A DNA stretch of 61,114 bases, filler included. It is 4 parts of 4 records of this genome, joined end to end, with 100 filler letters (N's around TTAATTAATTAA, not from the genome) between each part and the next. Parts side by side here need not be neighbours in the genome. Positions count along the whole stretch, not along the records: positions 9,824 to 26,369 come from SRR31147125_16730; positions 26,470 to 34,793 come from SRR31147125_16811; 2 more parts are not named here. The stretch is one strand, 5' to 3'. This document shows, one piece after another, positions 19,509 to 30,629 of this stretch. Made by a program: the position numbers and the translations under genes. The notes under the pieces were generated by a model. The model was not told the DNA's origin. It saw nothing but the letters and a program-made list of their open reading frames with translations, and made no database searches. The first letter of the stretch is position 1. Each line of letters starts with the position of its first letter.

Positions 19509-21593
19509 TTGAGTTTTTTAAATTCAATCATACTTTTCGGCTTAACAGCAGCCTTTATTCCTATCTTGATCCATCTTTTTGCAAGGCTTAGATCCAGGAC
19601 AATAACGTTCAGTACTCTTGATTTTCTGAAAGAGTTGCAGCTGAATCAGATAAAACGTCTAAAGCTTCGGCAACTTTTATTACTTTTACTTCGCACATTG
19701 ATTATTATACTCATCGTTCTCGCTTTTGCCCGTCCTACTATCAATCATGAACCGGGATCGAACGCTAATTCAAACTCCAGGACGAGTGCGGTCATTGTAC
19801 TGGATAATTCATATAGTATGAATTGTTTTCAGGAAGGCCACTCCCTATTTGAGCGAGCTCGCGAGCGAGCGAAGAATATCACAAATGTCATGCGGTCCGG
19901 GGATAAAATATACCTGATAAATTCTTCGGATACAAGTAAACAAATAAATCCATTTATTTTTCATGATTTTACTACGCTACAAAATGAAATTGATCGTACA
20001 GATATAGAGTTTAGACCTTCAAACATGACGGCAGCGCTTCATCGGGCGAACACTCTTTTGCAAAGCTCGAACGATGTAAACAAAGAGGTTTATATTGTTT
20101 CAGATCTTCAAAAAAACGCCTTTACCTCGGATTCGGTTACCTTTGCAAATAACGATGTCCGTTATGCTGCCTTACCGGTTCAAGCCAATAGCATCCTAAA
20201 TCTTTCAATCAAAGAAGTAAAATTTGTATCAACTATACTGGAAAAAGATCGGGTTGTCGAATTAAATGTATTTATTGCAAATCGGGGAAATCAACCTGCC
20301 AGAAACAAATTAGTACAATTATTTGTTTCCGGAAATAGAGTGGCTCAATCTATAGTTGATCTAAATGCAGGCGCATCTGTAACAGAAAATTTTAAATTTA
20401 TTCTGGACAAGAGTGGATTCATATCCGGTTATTTTTTATTGGAAGATGATGATTTATTGAGTGATAACAAATACTATTTTTCGTTTCATATCCCGGATCA
20501 AATCCGGATCGGCATGGTTGGTTTCAGTGCGGAGGATAATGCATATCTTCGATTTGCACTTGTTCCCAATAAATCCATCAAATCCACTTTTCATGTTACG
20601 GACATTTCCCTGGAAAAAATGAACTATGTTAATTTTGACAATTATGATGTCATGGTTCTTTCAAATATACCTCAAATAAACTCAGGTCAGGTTGAAAAAA
20701 TCCGGGATTTTGTAAAAAGTGGAGGAGGTCTTTTACTTTTATTAGGTGATAATATAGATATCCGGGATTATAATAATGGATTATGTCATCAATTAAACTT
20801 GCCAAAACTTATAACCAGGATCGGTTCTGTAAATAAAAATAACGGTGCGTTTTCACTAAAAGATTCAGACATAACTCATCCCATTTTTTATGGTATTTTT
20901 GAAAGTGAAAATGTTCGCTTTAAATATCCACAATTTTATTTTGCCATTAAAGTGGCGGAAAAATCTAACATGATTAAAATTATGGATTATAGCTCCGGTG
21001 ATCCCTTTCTGTTTGAAACAAAGCTTGGTCAGGGTTCTGTTTTGGTGGCAACAACCGGTTTTAAACAGAATCTCTCAAATATTACGCACAGTACTATCTT
21101 TGCTCCTTTGATGTCACGTTCTTTATCTTATCTTGGCAACAAAAAACAACATTATGATAAAAACATCTCTGTAAATGACGATATATGGTTTCGTTTGCCA
21201 GCCAAAGCCACAAGTCAGGACATTTTTATGGTTCGACCTGATAATAAAGTAGATCGGATTCAACCACAAACAACAGCTGCAGGTATCATGATAACGTATA
21301 ATGGTACCGACATTCCCGGACAATATAAACTGTTAGTAGACAAAGAGCTCACAGCACAGTGGTCCGTGAATCCTGATACCCGGGAATCCGATTTAACAGA
21401 TATAGATCGAGACGTACTGGAAGAGAACTATGGTATGACGTTTATTGAGGAGGAAAAAGCGTTAGCTGGTTATGTTCGTTTAAACCGTTTTGGTCGGGAA
21501 CTGTGGAAATATTTTGTTATTTTTGCATTTGTATTATTGATTGTAGAAATGTTTATCTATCGGGAAAAGGGTGAGGTGACGGCAAGTCGATGA
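19509..21593 (+). CDS. BatA-like N-terminal double-TM, VWA and CARDB/GATase-like domain protein
   Basis: MSFLN..L..L....IPILIHL, LLLLLRTL....AFARP, LDNSYSM (MIDAS), IVSDLQ, GGGLLLLLG, C-terminal ELWKYF TM helix. Confidence 0.85.
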   Translation: MSFLNSIILFGLTAAFIPILIHLFARLRSRTITFSTLDFLKELQLNQIKRLKLRQLLLLLLRTLIIILIVLAFARPTINHEPGSNANSNSRTSAVIVLDNSYSMNCFQEGHSLFERARERAKNITNVMRSGDKIYLINSSDTSKQINPFIFHDFTTLQNEIDRTDIEFRPSNMTAALHRANTLLQSSNDVNKEVYIVSDLQKNAFTSDSVTFANNDVRYAALPVQANSILNLSIKEVKFVSTILEKDRVVELNVFIANRGNQPARNKLVQLFVSGNRVAQSIVDLNAGASVTENFKFILDKSGFISGYFLLEDDDLLSDNKYYFSFHIPDQIRIGMVGFSAEDNAYLRFALVPNKSIKSTFHVTDISLEKMNYVNFDNYDVMVLSNIPQINSGQVEKIRDFVKSGGGLLLLLGDNIDIRDYNNGLCHQLNLPKLITRIGSVNKNNGAFSLKDSDITHPIFYGIFESENVRFKYPQFYFAIKVAEKSNMIKIMDYSSGDPFLFETKLGQGSVLVATTGFKQNLSNITHSTIFAPLMSRSLSYLGNKKQHYDKNISVNDDIWFRLPAKATSQDIFMVRPDNKVDRIQPQTTAAGIMITYNGTDIPGQYKLLVDKELTAQWSVNPDTRESDLTDIDRDVLEENYGMTFIEEEKALAGYVRLNRFGRELWKYFVIFAFVLLIVEMFIYREKGEVTASR

Positions 21594-21644
21594 TTTGTGA
21601 ACACCCACCCGTGTTCATAGCTAAATTTTCAACTTTTGAATTAA

Positions 21645-22959
21645 TTGCGTATAGAGGTATTATTGTATAATTACAAGGATACAAAAAGAGAAAGAGGCAT
21701 TGTTGTTGGTTTGATTCGGCGGGGACAATCACGGTGGCAAATTAATGATTATTTGGATGAACTCGAATTATTAGCAGATACAGCTGGTGCAGAAATACTG
21801 GATCGGGTTGTTCAGCAGAGGGATCGTATTGATCCGGCTTACATCATTGGCCGGGGTAAAGTGAAGGAATTAGCTCAGACGGCTAAATACATGGATTGCG
21901 ATCTGATTATTTTTGATGATGATCTGTCTCCTGCTCAGGTTAAAAATATTGAATCTATTTGCGAAGGGATTAAAATCGTTGATAGAAGTGGACTTATTCT
22001 GGATATTTTTGCCAAACATGCGCGGACAAAAGAATCGCGAACTCAGGTTGAATTAGCCCAGCTTAATTATTTATATCCACGATTGACCCGGCAATGGAGT
22101 CACTTGTCAAGGCAGGTGGGTGGAATTGGTGTTAGGGGACCTGGTGAAACACAGCTTGAAGTAGACAGGCGCCTTATTCGAAAGCGGATCGCTCTATTGA
22201 CGGAAGAACTTTTAAAAATTTCTCAACAGCGTCAAATAAGACGTCGTCATCGGGGAGATATATTTAAAGCTGCTCTCGTCGGTTATACAAATGTCGGGAA
22301 ATCAACCCTGTTAAATTCTTTGACAAATGCAGATACAACCGTTGAAGATCGACTTTTTGCTACTCTTGATGCGACTATTCGGGCAACAGAATTGTCAGAC
22401 CATCGACGCGTTCTGCTGATTGATACGGTTGGTTTTATCCGGAAATTACCGCACCATTTGGTGGCGTCTTTCAAGAGTACTCTGGAAGAAGCTTCTGAGG
22501 CAGATTTGCTGCTACATATTGTTGATATTACGCATCCCAATTATAAGGAGCAAATGGAAACGGTTCAATCTGTTTTAAAGGATCTTAAACTGGACAAGAA
22601 ACCCATATTGAACGTATTTAACAAGATAGACAAGCTAGAAGATACGGCACTCATGGCCAAGCTCAGAGAAACGCAGAAACCATGCGTCTTTATATCTGCG
22701 CATCGTGGTATCTTTTTAAAAGAATTTAAACACAGAATCAAAGAATTTATTGAGAATCTCTCAAAATATAAGAATAGTTATACCCATTCAGGAAAGCGGC
22801 CTTATATCGCAACTTTATGATTTAGCTGAGGTGACAAAAATTGAATATGAAGATAGTGTCGCTGTGTTAGAGTTAAAAGCAAGTCAGGCGAATGTTCATC
22901 GTATTAAAAGACTAACGAATGGCCTCGAATTTGACGTTATTGAAAATGCCGTATTATAA
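21645..22959 (+). CDS. hflX: GTPase HflX; C-terminal domain in a shifted frame (22750-22959)
   Basis: ILDIFA, QVELAQL, RGPGETQLE, GYTNVGKSTL, DTVGFI, NKID. Frame change near 22755-22765; exact start uncertain. Confidence 0.95.
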
Positions 22960-23135
22960 AGAGTTTGTAATTTAAATCCTTGTACACTGGTTTATAAAGT
23001 TTAATATGAACTTGGGGAACTGATTAAATTATAAAGCGTTAAGAGATTAGGATAAGTGAAAATTAATTTATTCTGCAGAAACGAATAGGGTTTTCGAGTT
23101 ATAAAAAGACAAACTTTTAATTTCAGGAATCATAA

Positions 23136-24823
23136 ATGTTATCCTTTCGTCATTATTGGTCTATCGGCATACTCTTTTTTTAGTATTATCTGTTTATCCG
23201 AAAATATCTTTGTCCGCAGAGTCTGATTTTCGAACGAGTGGCACAAATACTCATTATGAACAGGGAGATTGGATTACTTACACCACAACCCGATTCATTC
23301 GGAGTATAGCAATAGGTCATGAATATGTCTATTTTGCAACAACGGGTGGAATTACGCGATATAATTATTATCGTAACGAGTGGGATTATCCATGGACCGT
23401 CAGCAATGGTTTGGCTGATAATAATATCTTTCTTGTTGGTAAAGATTTTAACACCGGCTATTTGTGGTGCACAAACGAAAATAGCATAAGCTACCAGGAA
23501 CCAGCCACACAATGGTGGTATAATATTTATTTTGATGAACTTGGCTTGCGTTATGGGGATTCAATTGCCTCGATAGGATTTGCAAATGGCCTTGTTTACC
23601 TTGAGACACATTCCGGAAATTGGCTGGTTTCAATCAATACATCAATTGATTTTAGCTTTACAAACCAACCGGAACAGGACCAGGAAATAAGATGGTATGG
23701 AGCCAGAGAAGAGAAAAATATAAAAATTCCTTATATGTTTATGTCTGATGGCTATTTATTTGATGAAACCAATCTTTATATCGATGACCTGCAATTTAGA
23801 AAATTTGAAATAACAACCTGGGCCAGAGATGAGTGGCAAAATTTATGGATTGGAACATGGGGGCTTGGTGCGGGGCTGGGTGATATGGCGACGTTTCGTC
23901 TGGAAATGCTCGGTTTTGGTTTGTGGGACAAAGCTGTTGATGCTGTTGCTCGGGATGGAGACGCTTTTTGGATTGGAGGTATACAAAACCATGATGAACC
24001 AGCCGGAATTACGGAATGGCCAATTCCCAGTGGCAAACCATCCTACTTTGAAGCTTATTTGCTCACAGGTTTTGATAATGATGAAATTACTTCGTTAGCG
24101 ATTGACGAACACACTGTATGGTTGGGAACACATGATGGATTGACCCGATATGATCGCGAGAAAAATATATGGCGAACTTATACTGTTGTAGACAATTTGG
24201 TTAATAATTCAGTATATGATTTGTTAGTTGATGACGAAGCCATTTGGGTGGCCACAGAAGCAGGTGTTTCAAAGGTCTTAAAAAAGACAGTTGGTACTGA
24301 TTCCATGGCTATTCGGCATGTTCTTTATCCGAGTTTGAGAAATTTACAGGTTTATGATCTTGATCAAAAAGAAAATCTGTTATGGATTGGCACAGAATTG
24401 GGCTTGTTTGTTTATGACAAAAATAAGGATGAAGGTCATTTTTATTCCAGCGATGTCGATCCTGTGGATGAATCCATTTATGCGCTTTCAGTCTATAAAA
24501 ATGAACTTTGGTATGGAACGGAAACGGGCGTTGCCGGATTTAACACTGTTACAGGGGACCGGTTTGATCCACCGGCTCATTTAAATGAAAAAGATCTTGG
24601 TATAAATAAAATACTGGCAACGGAAGACGCTGTATGGGTGGCTTCCAATTCCGGTGTTTTAAAATATGATCGTAATAACGAACGCTGGGTTTTCTATACA
24701 ATAAAAGATGGGCTTGCTTCTAATAATGTTTATTCTCTGTTTCTGGATGGTGATTATATCTGGTTTGGAACAGATTCTGGTTTAACAAAATTTTACTGGA
24801 ATTCACCGTACAGGATTGATTAG
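23136..24823 (+). CDS. Secreted beta-propeller repeat protein (two-component regulator propeller-like)
   Basis: Repeated (I/L)W.GT..G(L/V) and GL..N.(V/I) units. ATG 23136 joins the ORF-track frame if one T is added to the T-run near 23175-23181, restoring a signal peptide. Confidence 0.75.
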
Positions 24824-24850
24824 AATGTTCTTTGAAATAGGATTATAAAA

Positions 24851-26125
24851 TTGGACTATCGCGAATCAGTTACGTTTTTATACAGTCTTCAATATTTGGG
24901 ATGGAAACTGGGGCTGGAAAGATTATCCGTCGTATTGGAAAAGCTGGGCAATCCTCATGAAAAGATGAGGTCGCTTCATATTGCCGGTACGAATGGTAAA
25001 GGATCTGTAACAGCCATGTGTGAATCTATACTTCGTACGGCAGGTTATCGAACAGCCATGTTTACATCCCCGCATCTTATAGAACCGACCGAAAGAATAC
25101 AGATAAATGGAGAGAAAATAGCTCCAGCTGAATTTGCCCGTATCGTTACCGAATTAAAACCACTGATGGTAGAGTCCGGATGTACTTTCTTTGAGGCTAT
25201 CACGATTATTGCATTCTGGTGTTTTGCAAATAGTGACATTGATATTGCTCTTTTTGAGGTTGGATTAGGAGGACGGCTTGACGCCACAAACATAATTACT
25301 CCCATTTTATCCATTATTACTGATATTAGCTTTGATCATACAGCCCAATTAGGGAATACATTGGAAGATATCGCAATGGAAAAAGCGGGTATCATCAAAA
25401 AGGGTGTTCCGTGTATAATTGGCTCCGTACCCCAACGGGTTGAGAGGATAATTGAAGGAGTTTGTGAACAACGACAAAGTCTTTTCTTGCGATCTAAAGA
25501 TTACTGTAATGCTCAAAATGTCAGTTTGAACAGATCCTCTCATTTTGAGTTGGTATTGGGTCAGTCGAGTCATCCTGTCGAATTAACACTGGTTGGTTCT
25601 CATCAGGTAAGCAACAGTTGTACAGCTGCAGCTGCATGCAAAAAATTAGCAGAAACGGGTATAATAATTCCGGATAAACATATTGTACAGGGTTTGGAAA
25701 AAACAGTATGGCCGGGGCGTTTCGAGATCATTAGTCAAAAACCACATATTATAGCGGATGTCGCACATAACGTTGCATCTATATTGGCACTGTCCCGTAC
25801 GTTGAAGGAATTATACGGGGACAGAGATATTATTTTAGTGATAGGTGTTTTAAAGGATAAGGATTATAAAGAGATTGTTAAAATTATTGCACCGATAGCA
25901 AAGGAGATAATTACCGTACAGCCCCAAACAACAAGAGCTATGACAGCAGAAGAACTTGCACAAAATTTCAGGAATATTGGATTTGAGTCTCAGTGTTTTA
26001 TATCGATAGAGGAAGGATTAAAATATGTCGTGGATAAGTACACGGAGAATTCAATAATCTGCATAACTGGATCACATTACGTGGTTGGTGAGGCAATGCA
26101 AGTAATAAAAAATATTGACAATTAA
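24851..26125 (+). CDS. folC: Folylpolyglutamate synthase/dihydrofolate synthase
   Basis: HIAGTNGKGS, FTSPHL, EVGLGGRLDATN, WPGRFE, DVAHN, ITGSHY. Confidence 0.97.
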   Translation: MDYRESVTFLYSLQYLGWKLGLERLSVVLEKLGNPHEKMRSLHIAGTNGKGSVTAMCESILRTAGYRTAMFTSPHLIEPTERIQINGEKIAPAEFARIVTELKPLMVESGCTFFEAITIIAFWCFANSDIDIALFEVGLGGRLDATNIITPILSIITDISFDHTAQLGNTLEDIAMEKAGIIKKGVPCIIGSVPQRVERIIEGVCEQRQSLFLRSKDYCNAQNVSLNRSSHFELVLGQSSHPVELTLVGSHQVSNSCTAAAACKKLAETGIIIPDKHIVQGLEKTVWPGRFEIISQKPHIIADVAHNVASILALSRTLKELYGDRDIILVIGVLKDKDYKEIVKIIAPIAKEIITVQPQTTRAMTAEELAQNFRNIGFESQCFISIEEGLKYVVDKYTENSIICITGSHYVVGEAMQVIKNIDN

Positions 26126-26143
26126 AATAAAAATCATTATCTT
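26115..26143 (+). promoter_or_regulatory. Candidate sigma70 promoter for a downstream gene lost in the gap
   Basis: TTGACA-17 nt-TATCTT. Confidence 0.4.
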
Positions 26144-26369
26144 TTCACTAGAATTCCTACATTACCTCATAAAATAGTGCACTCCGTAATTTCTCCAATA
26201 TATAACTGTTGGGTCAATTACTACATAAATTGTTCTCATTTATTTTAGATATTTTAAGAAATAGAAGAATTTTAAAATTTCATAATGTGGATTTTTATAA
26301 AAATATGTACGTATTTTGCCGGAGGGTCATTAAATAGTTATTTATGAAAACAATACATTTTTTGAGTGG

Positions 26370-26469
26370 NNNNNNNNNNNNNNNNNNNNNNNNNNNNNNN
26401 NNNNNNNNNNNNNTTAATTAATTAANNNNNNNNNNNNNNNNNNNNNNNNNNNNNNNNNNNNNNNNNNNN
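26370..26469. other. Artificial contig spacer
   Basis: N-run + TTAATTAATTAA + N-run. Confidence 0.98.
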
Positions 26470-27091
26470 GGGAAAAATCCGGCTTCATCAAATGCATAAA
26501 TCGCCGATTGTTTAAGGAAAGCATGTCTCTGTCGGAGTAAATCACACCGATGTCCCGACGCCGATAAACCGCTTCGCCCACACAAAACAACGCATCCGGA
26601 GCAATGCGGTCGTCATGATCCAAAAAAGCCACATACTCCCCCGTTGCCATCTCCAACGCTCGATTGGTGGCAGGGCAGATCCCCTGATTTTTTTCGGAAA
26701 ATGCGACCTTGATTCTGGGATCCTGTTCGGCAAATTTCTTCAGCATGGCCCGCGTTTCTTGGCTGGTACTGCCGTCATCGGCAATACAGATCTCCCAATA
26801 GGGATAGGCCTGGGTCTGAACCGAAAGCACACACTCGAAAAGCATTTCCGGTTCTGTATTGTAGGTGGGGATCAAGACACTGACCAAGGGAGGATCGACA
26901 AAATCAGAAGCACGTTGTCGCATTCCATCCCATTGATCCAGAGTAATGTAGCTTTTATGGAAAATCCACGCCTGGTATTCGACCCACTCACTGGTTGCCC
27001 ACTGTTTCAGTTGCAAGGGATCAGGTCGTCCTTGTTGGATACTTTTGTCAAAAAAAGATCTAAATCGATGTAAGATGCTTGATTGTTTCAA
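26470..27091 (-). CDS. Family 2 glycosyltransferase, truncated at the contig end
   Basis: PLVSVLIPTYN, WEICIADDGS, FLDHDD, IYSDRD. Confidence 0.92.
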
Positions 27092-27182
27092 TATTTCACT
27101 TCATTTTTATTACCGACACGGAAAGTCCGCATGTTATAGTCTTTCCTCCAATTCTTTTTTTACAAAAGGTGGGGACAAAGTA

Positions 27183-28832
27183 TTAAAACGGATTTATATC
27201 AGTCGTTATTGACAATGGTATTACCTTCATCGGTATGATTTTCGATAGCGATGACGCCATAACCGGCAATTTCGTTGTGTTGGATGACATTGCCGATGGT
27301 ACCCGGAAGAAGGTGAACCCCTGAATAGTGCCCCCTAAAATGGTGTTGCTTTCCACCTTATTGTAGCAGCTGGGAAAATCCGACTGATCCGGATGCTGGC
27401 GCTGTGCGTCTGCAATTAACACGCCAAAAAAATGGTACGTGTCATTTTCACCCCGATTGTTATGGGAGATGATATTTCCCGACACCGTGCATGCGTATCC
27501 GGCACGGACAAATTTAACCCCATCCCCCCAGTTGCCGTGAATCACGCAATGGTCAACCCGGCAATAGGCGGCATTGTCGAAACTGATCCCCGGCAACTTG
27601 GCTTTGGAGCTACCGTCGGGCATCAACCCGGACTGATCGACAAAATCGATGGTCAGCTCATCTCCCTGCTGCAACCCCCGCCAGCCGTTGTTCCGAATTT
27701 GGCAATTTTGAATCAGACAACACCAAGAGCCGTTGTCAATGGTGATCCCCTCGCAGTCGTTATCGGAAATAACACAGTTGATGACCTGCATATAGCCGAC
27801 CCCGTCGGTGGTGATCCCCATTTTTCGGTTTCCCGAGAAGGTGCAGTTGATGAATGTGGTATGTAGATTGGCCGGATCCGAGGGCGCATAGGGCCCGAAA
27901 TTACCGATCACCGAATTGGTGTAATGAATTTGAGCATCAAAGTCGAGGGGATCCATCCCTTCCGGCAATTTCAAATCCGTCAAAAAGACGCCGCTCTGTT
28001 CACATTGGGTAGCAGTGCATGAGTCAAACCAGGATGCACTCACATCCCTGATTTGCATAAACCCCACCAATCCGGCCCGATGAACGCTGCAACGGCTCAA
28101 CCGAGACCTTGCCACATTGTCGGAAAAGAGAAACCCCACAGCAACGGGATTTTCCATATGCACATGACTAAATGAGGTGTCTCTGGCATGGGAAACAATC
28201 ACTGCGGCGCAAAACCGGTGCTGCCCGATATGTCGGATGATTAAATTCTCAAGGACAACACCGGTGACGGGAGACGCGGTTGTACCGATTATCTTAATTC
28301 CGTAATCAACATCCTTGAAAACCAACTCAGTGCGTCCGAAAGTGCCCACCAGTCGTGTTCCCGACGGCAGTCTCAACTCTTTTTCAAGGATAAGACGACC
28401 TGGAGGCAGATGAATGATCCCCCCTTTGGGCAGGGTTTCAACCGCTTCCAAGAGTTGATTGGGACTCATTTCAGCCATCGATTCAGTGAAATGGACGTGA
28501 TGATCCCACGGATTCACATGGGCGTCCTCTCCACTCTCCGGAAACAAATTACGTGCACTGCCAGCATGAGTGATATTCTTCTGTGCATTGAACGCAATTC
28601 GTCGAAACAATTGCCAATCGGCATCGTCAGGTTTCCATAGTGGTGGAAAGAGCCGCGCCTCATCTGTAGCACACTCGGCTATCTGCGGAGACTGGAAAGA
28701 AGATATTCGGGTATTGTAATAAAGCTGCTTTATCTTTTTTTTTATCCGGTGCGGGCAGGTACCCCGGCACCCCCTCACAATTGCTGAAAGCGCAGCTTCG
28801 GTGAATTTTTTCCCCTCACTTATTAACATCAC
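27183..28832 (-). CDS. Right-handed parallel beta-helix (pectin lyase-like) protein
   Basis: Repeated N..G(I/V) / C.I..N units. The last ~45 residues are probably frameshifted at a G-run near 27331-27335; the alternative frame GHYSGVHLLPGTIGNVIQHNEI...NND* stops at 27199. Confidence 0.8.
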   Translation of the reverse strand: MMLISEGKKFTEAALSAIVRGCRGTCPHRIKKKIKQLYYNTRISSFQSPQIAECATDEARLFPPLWKPDDADWQLFRRIAFNAQKNITHAGSARNLFPESGEDAHVNPWDHHVHFTESMAEMSPNQLLEAVETLPKGGIIHLPPGRLILEKELRLPSGTRLVGTFGRTELVFKDVDYGIKIIGTTASPVTGVVLENLIIRHIGQHRFCAAVIVSHARDTSFSHVHMENPVAVGFLFSDNVARSRLSRCSVHRAGLVGFMQIRDVSASWFDSCTATQCEQSGVFLTDLKLPEGMDPLDFDAQIHYTNSVIGNFGPYAPSDPANLHTTFINCTFSGNRKMGITTDGVGYMQVINCVISDNDCEGITIDNGSWCCLIQNCQIRNNGWRGLQQGDELTIDFVDQSGLMPDGSSKAKLPGISFDNAAYCRVDHCVIHGNWGDGVKFVRAGYACTVSGNIISHNNRGENDTYHFFGVLIADAQRQHPDQSDFPSCYNKVESNTILGGTIQGFTFFRVPSAMSSNTTKLPVMASSLSKIIPMKVIPLSITTDINPF

Positions 28833-28886
28833 TTATCAACACCCCGCCTTGGAAATCCGCCAACACTCTAGAAATTGAATATCGCA

Positions 28887-30353
28887 TCATGATATCGCAA
28901 CATTTCGACTAATAAAACGGGATCGCACTTTTTCAAACAGCGTCGGCAATCTCCATCTTTTGAACAAGTTCCCGGCAATGAAGCGCAGGGTGGTAGTGGC
29001 GCGGTTGGGCGGACGGAGACAGTATTCACTATTACTGAGAAACATCACCCGGGAACCAAGCCAGGATAACCCTATGATACGATCATATTCCGATTGCAGA
29101 ACCAGATCATAACGATTCCGCAGGTGCCGGTACGTCAAATATCTGGAGAGCCGTTTAACGGGGAAAGAGATAAATTGAGACGATGGGAATTGATGGATTT
29201 CAAGTCCACCCGGGGCCGTCAGAAAATCAATTTGAAGATCCGGCCTAACATGACACGCCTTGACCAACAGTTCCTGCAATCCTGTGGCGTATAGGTTGAC
29301 GGTCCAGGGCACCAAAACCCTTTGAATATCCGGATCCATAAAGGGAAGCTCTTCCAATTCCTGTTTCAAATGATTTTGAGCCGGAGGCAATTGAATGGAT
29401 TGCTTCCCCAAGACGCCATTGAAAAAATCATCAACCGCCTGGATAACCAACCGGGCAAGCTCCATACGTCCGATCAATGCATAATATACCGCTTTTTTCA
29501 ATTCACGGTTCACGGCAGACTTGAAGAGCTTTCCCTCTTCACCAAATTGTTTCATCACCTGCAACATGTTTCGACTGTCATAATAGAGCACCCACGTCGG
29601 CACTTTGGCCGCCGATGAGATGTGCCAAATTAGAGAGCGACACGAAGCAAGAATTCGGTGACCCTTTTTTGCAATCCGAAGACACCACTGAACATCATCG
29701 AAATGGATAAAAAAATCGTCCCAAATGCCCGCAGCTTTCGCCACATCCGCCCGGACGAGCAATGAGGCGGCAGCCACATAATCCACATCGATATAGGACT
29801 TGAAATCCGGAATATAATCGGAGATATCCAGCTCAGATGCCAACAGCTCGTCCATGGGACGCCCTTTCCATGGTTCAATCGGCAACCCATGAAAATTAAA
29901 AATCAACCCGCCGTTTTTTTTACTGTAATATGATCCGACCTCGTTGACTCGCCATGGGTAGTCCAGCTGCATCATGGTAGAACCGGCAACGGCGGCATCA
30001 CGGTGCTGTTCCAGCAGCTTGACCAGCTCAAGCAGTGCGTGTCGATTGACCACAACATCGTTGTCAAGCAACCATAAGTAGTCATAGGCACCATCGGGCT
30101 GTTCAAATGCCCAAGTCAACCCGGTATTGAATCCACCTGTCCCGCCGAGGTTTTGTTCATTACATACTATCCTCACATCCGGAAATTGCTCCGACACAAG
30201 CGACACCGTATTGTCCTGACTGGCATTATCGATCAAGAGGATGTCAAGGCGATCCTGGGGATAATGAAGACCCTCCAGTGACTTCAACAGATTCAACACA
30301 TACGACTCTTTGTTCCAAGTAACGATGATTATCAGTATTTTCGGTAAATCCAT
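28887..30353 (-). CDS. Family 2 glycosyltransferase (galactofuranosyl/rhamnosyltransferase-like)
   Basis: IIIVTWN, IDNASQD, NLGGTGGFN, WLLDND, FFIHFDDVQW, YYDSRN. Confidence 0.9.
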   Translation of the reverse strand: MDLPKILIIIVTWNKESYVLNLLKSLEGLHYPQDRLDILLIDNASQDNTVSLVSEQFPDVRIVCNEQNLGGTGGFNTGLTWAFEQPDGAYDYLWLLDNDVVVNRHALLELVKLLEQHRDAAVAGSTMMQLDYPWRVNEVGSYYSKKNGGLIFNFHGLPIEPWKGRPMDELLASELDISDYIPDFKSYIDVDYVAAASLLVRADVAKAAGIWDDFFIHFDDVQWCLRIAKKGHRILASCRSLIWHISSAAKVPTWVLYYDSRNMLQVMKQFGEEGKLFKSAVNRELKKAVYYALIGRMELARLVIQAVDDFFNGVLGKQSIQLPPAQNHLKQELEELPFMDPDIQRVLVPWTVNLYATGLQELLVKACHVRPDLQIDFLTAPGGLEIHQFPSSQFISFPVKRLSRYLTYRHLRNRYDLVLQSEYDRIIGLSWLGSRVMFLSNSEYCLRPPNRATTTLRFIAGNLFKRWRLPTLFEKVRSRFISRNVAIS

Positions 30354-30629
30354 AAATTCTCCAGAGAGGGCATAACCAACTTTATTTTAAGTCCTTCAAT
30401 CCACAACAAATCCGGATTCCCACCATTCATTTGGCATGTGATCGCCATCTAAACCGACGTCATCCCAAACAGATTTATCCCACGGCATCCAACTTGACTT
30501 CAAAGGCTTGTATGGACTCCCCATACAATACACCCAGCAAAAAGCCTATTCCCTAATTTGGGTAATTTTTGGAAATAAACTTTAAATAATCTCGCTTACC
30601 CTCTTCGTCGGTTTCAAGCATCGTTTTGT

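Noticed and set aside
26344-26369. Start of a gene (ATGAAAACAATACAT...) at the end of contig 2
   Set aside because: Only about eight codons are visible before the gap; no call is possible.
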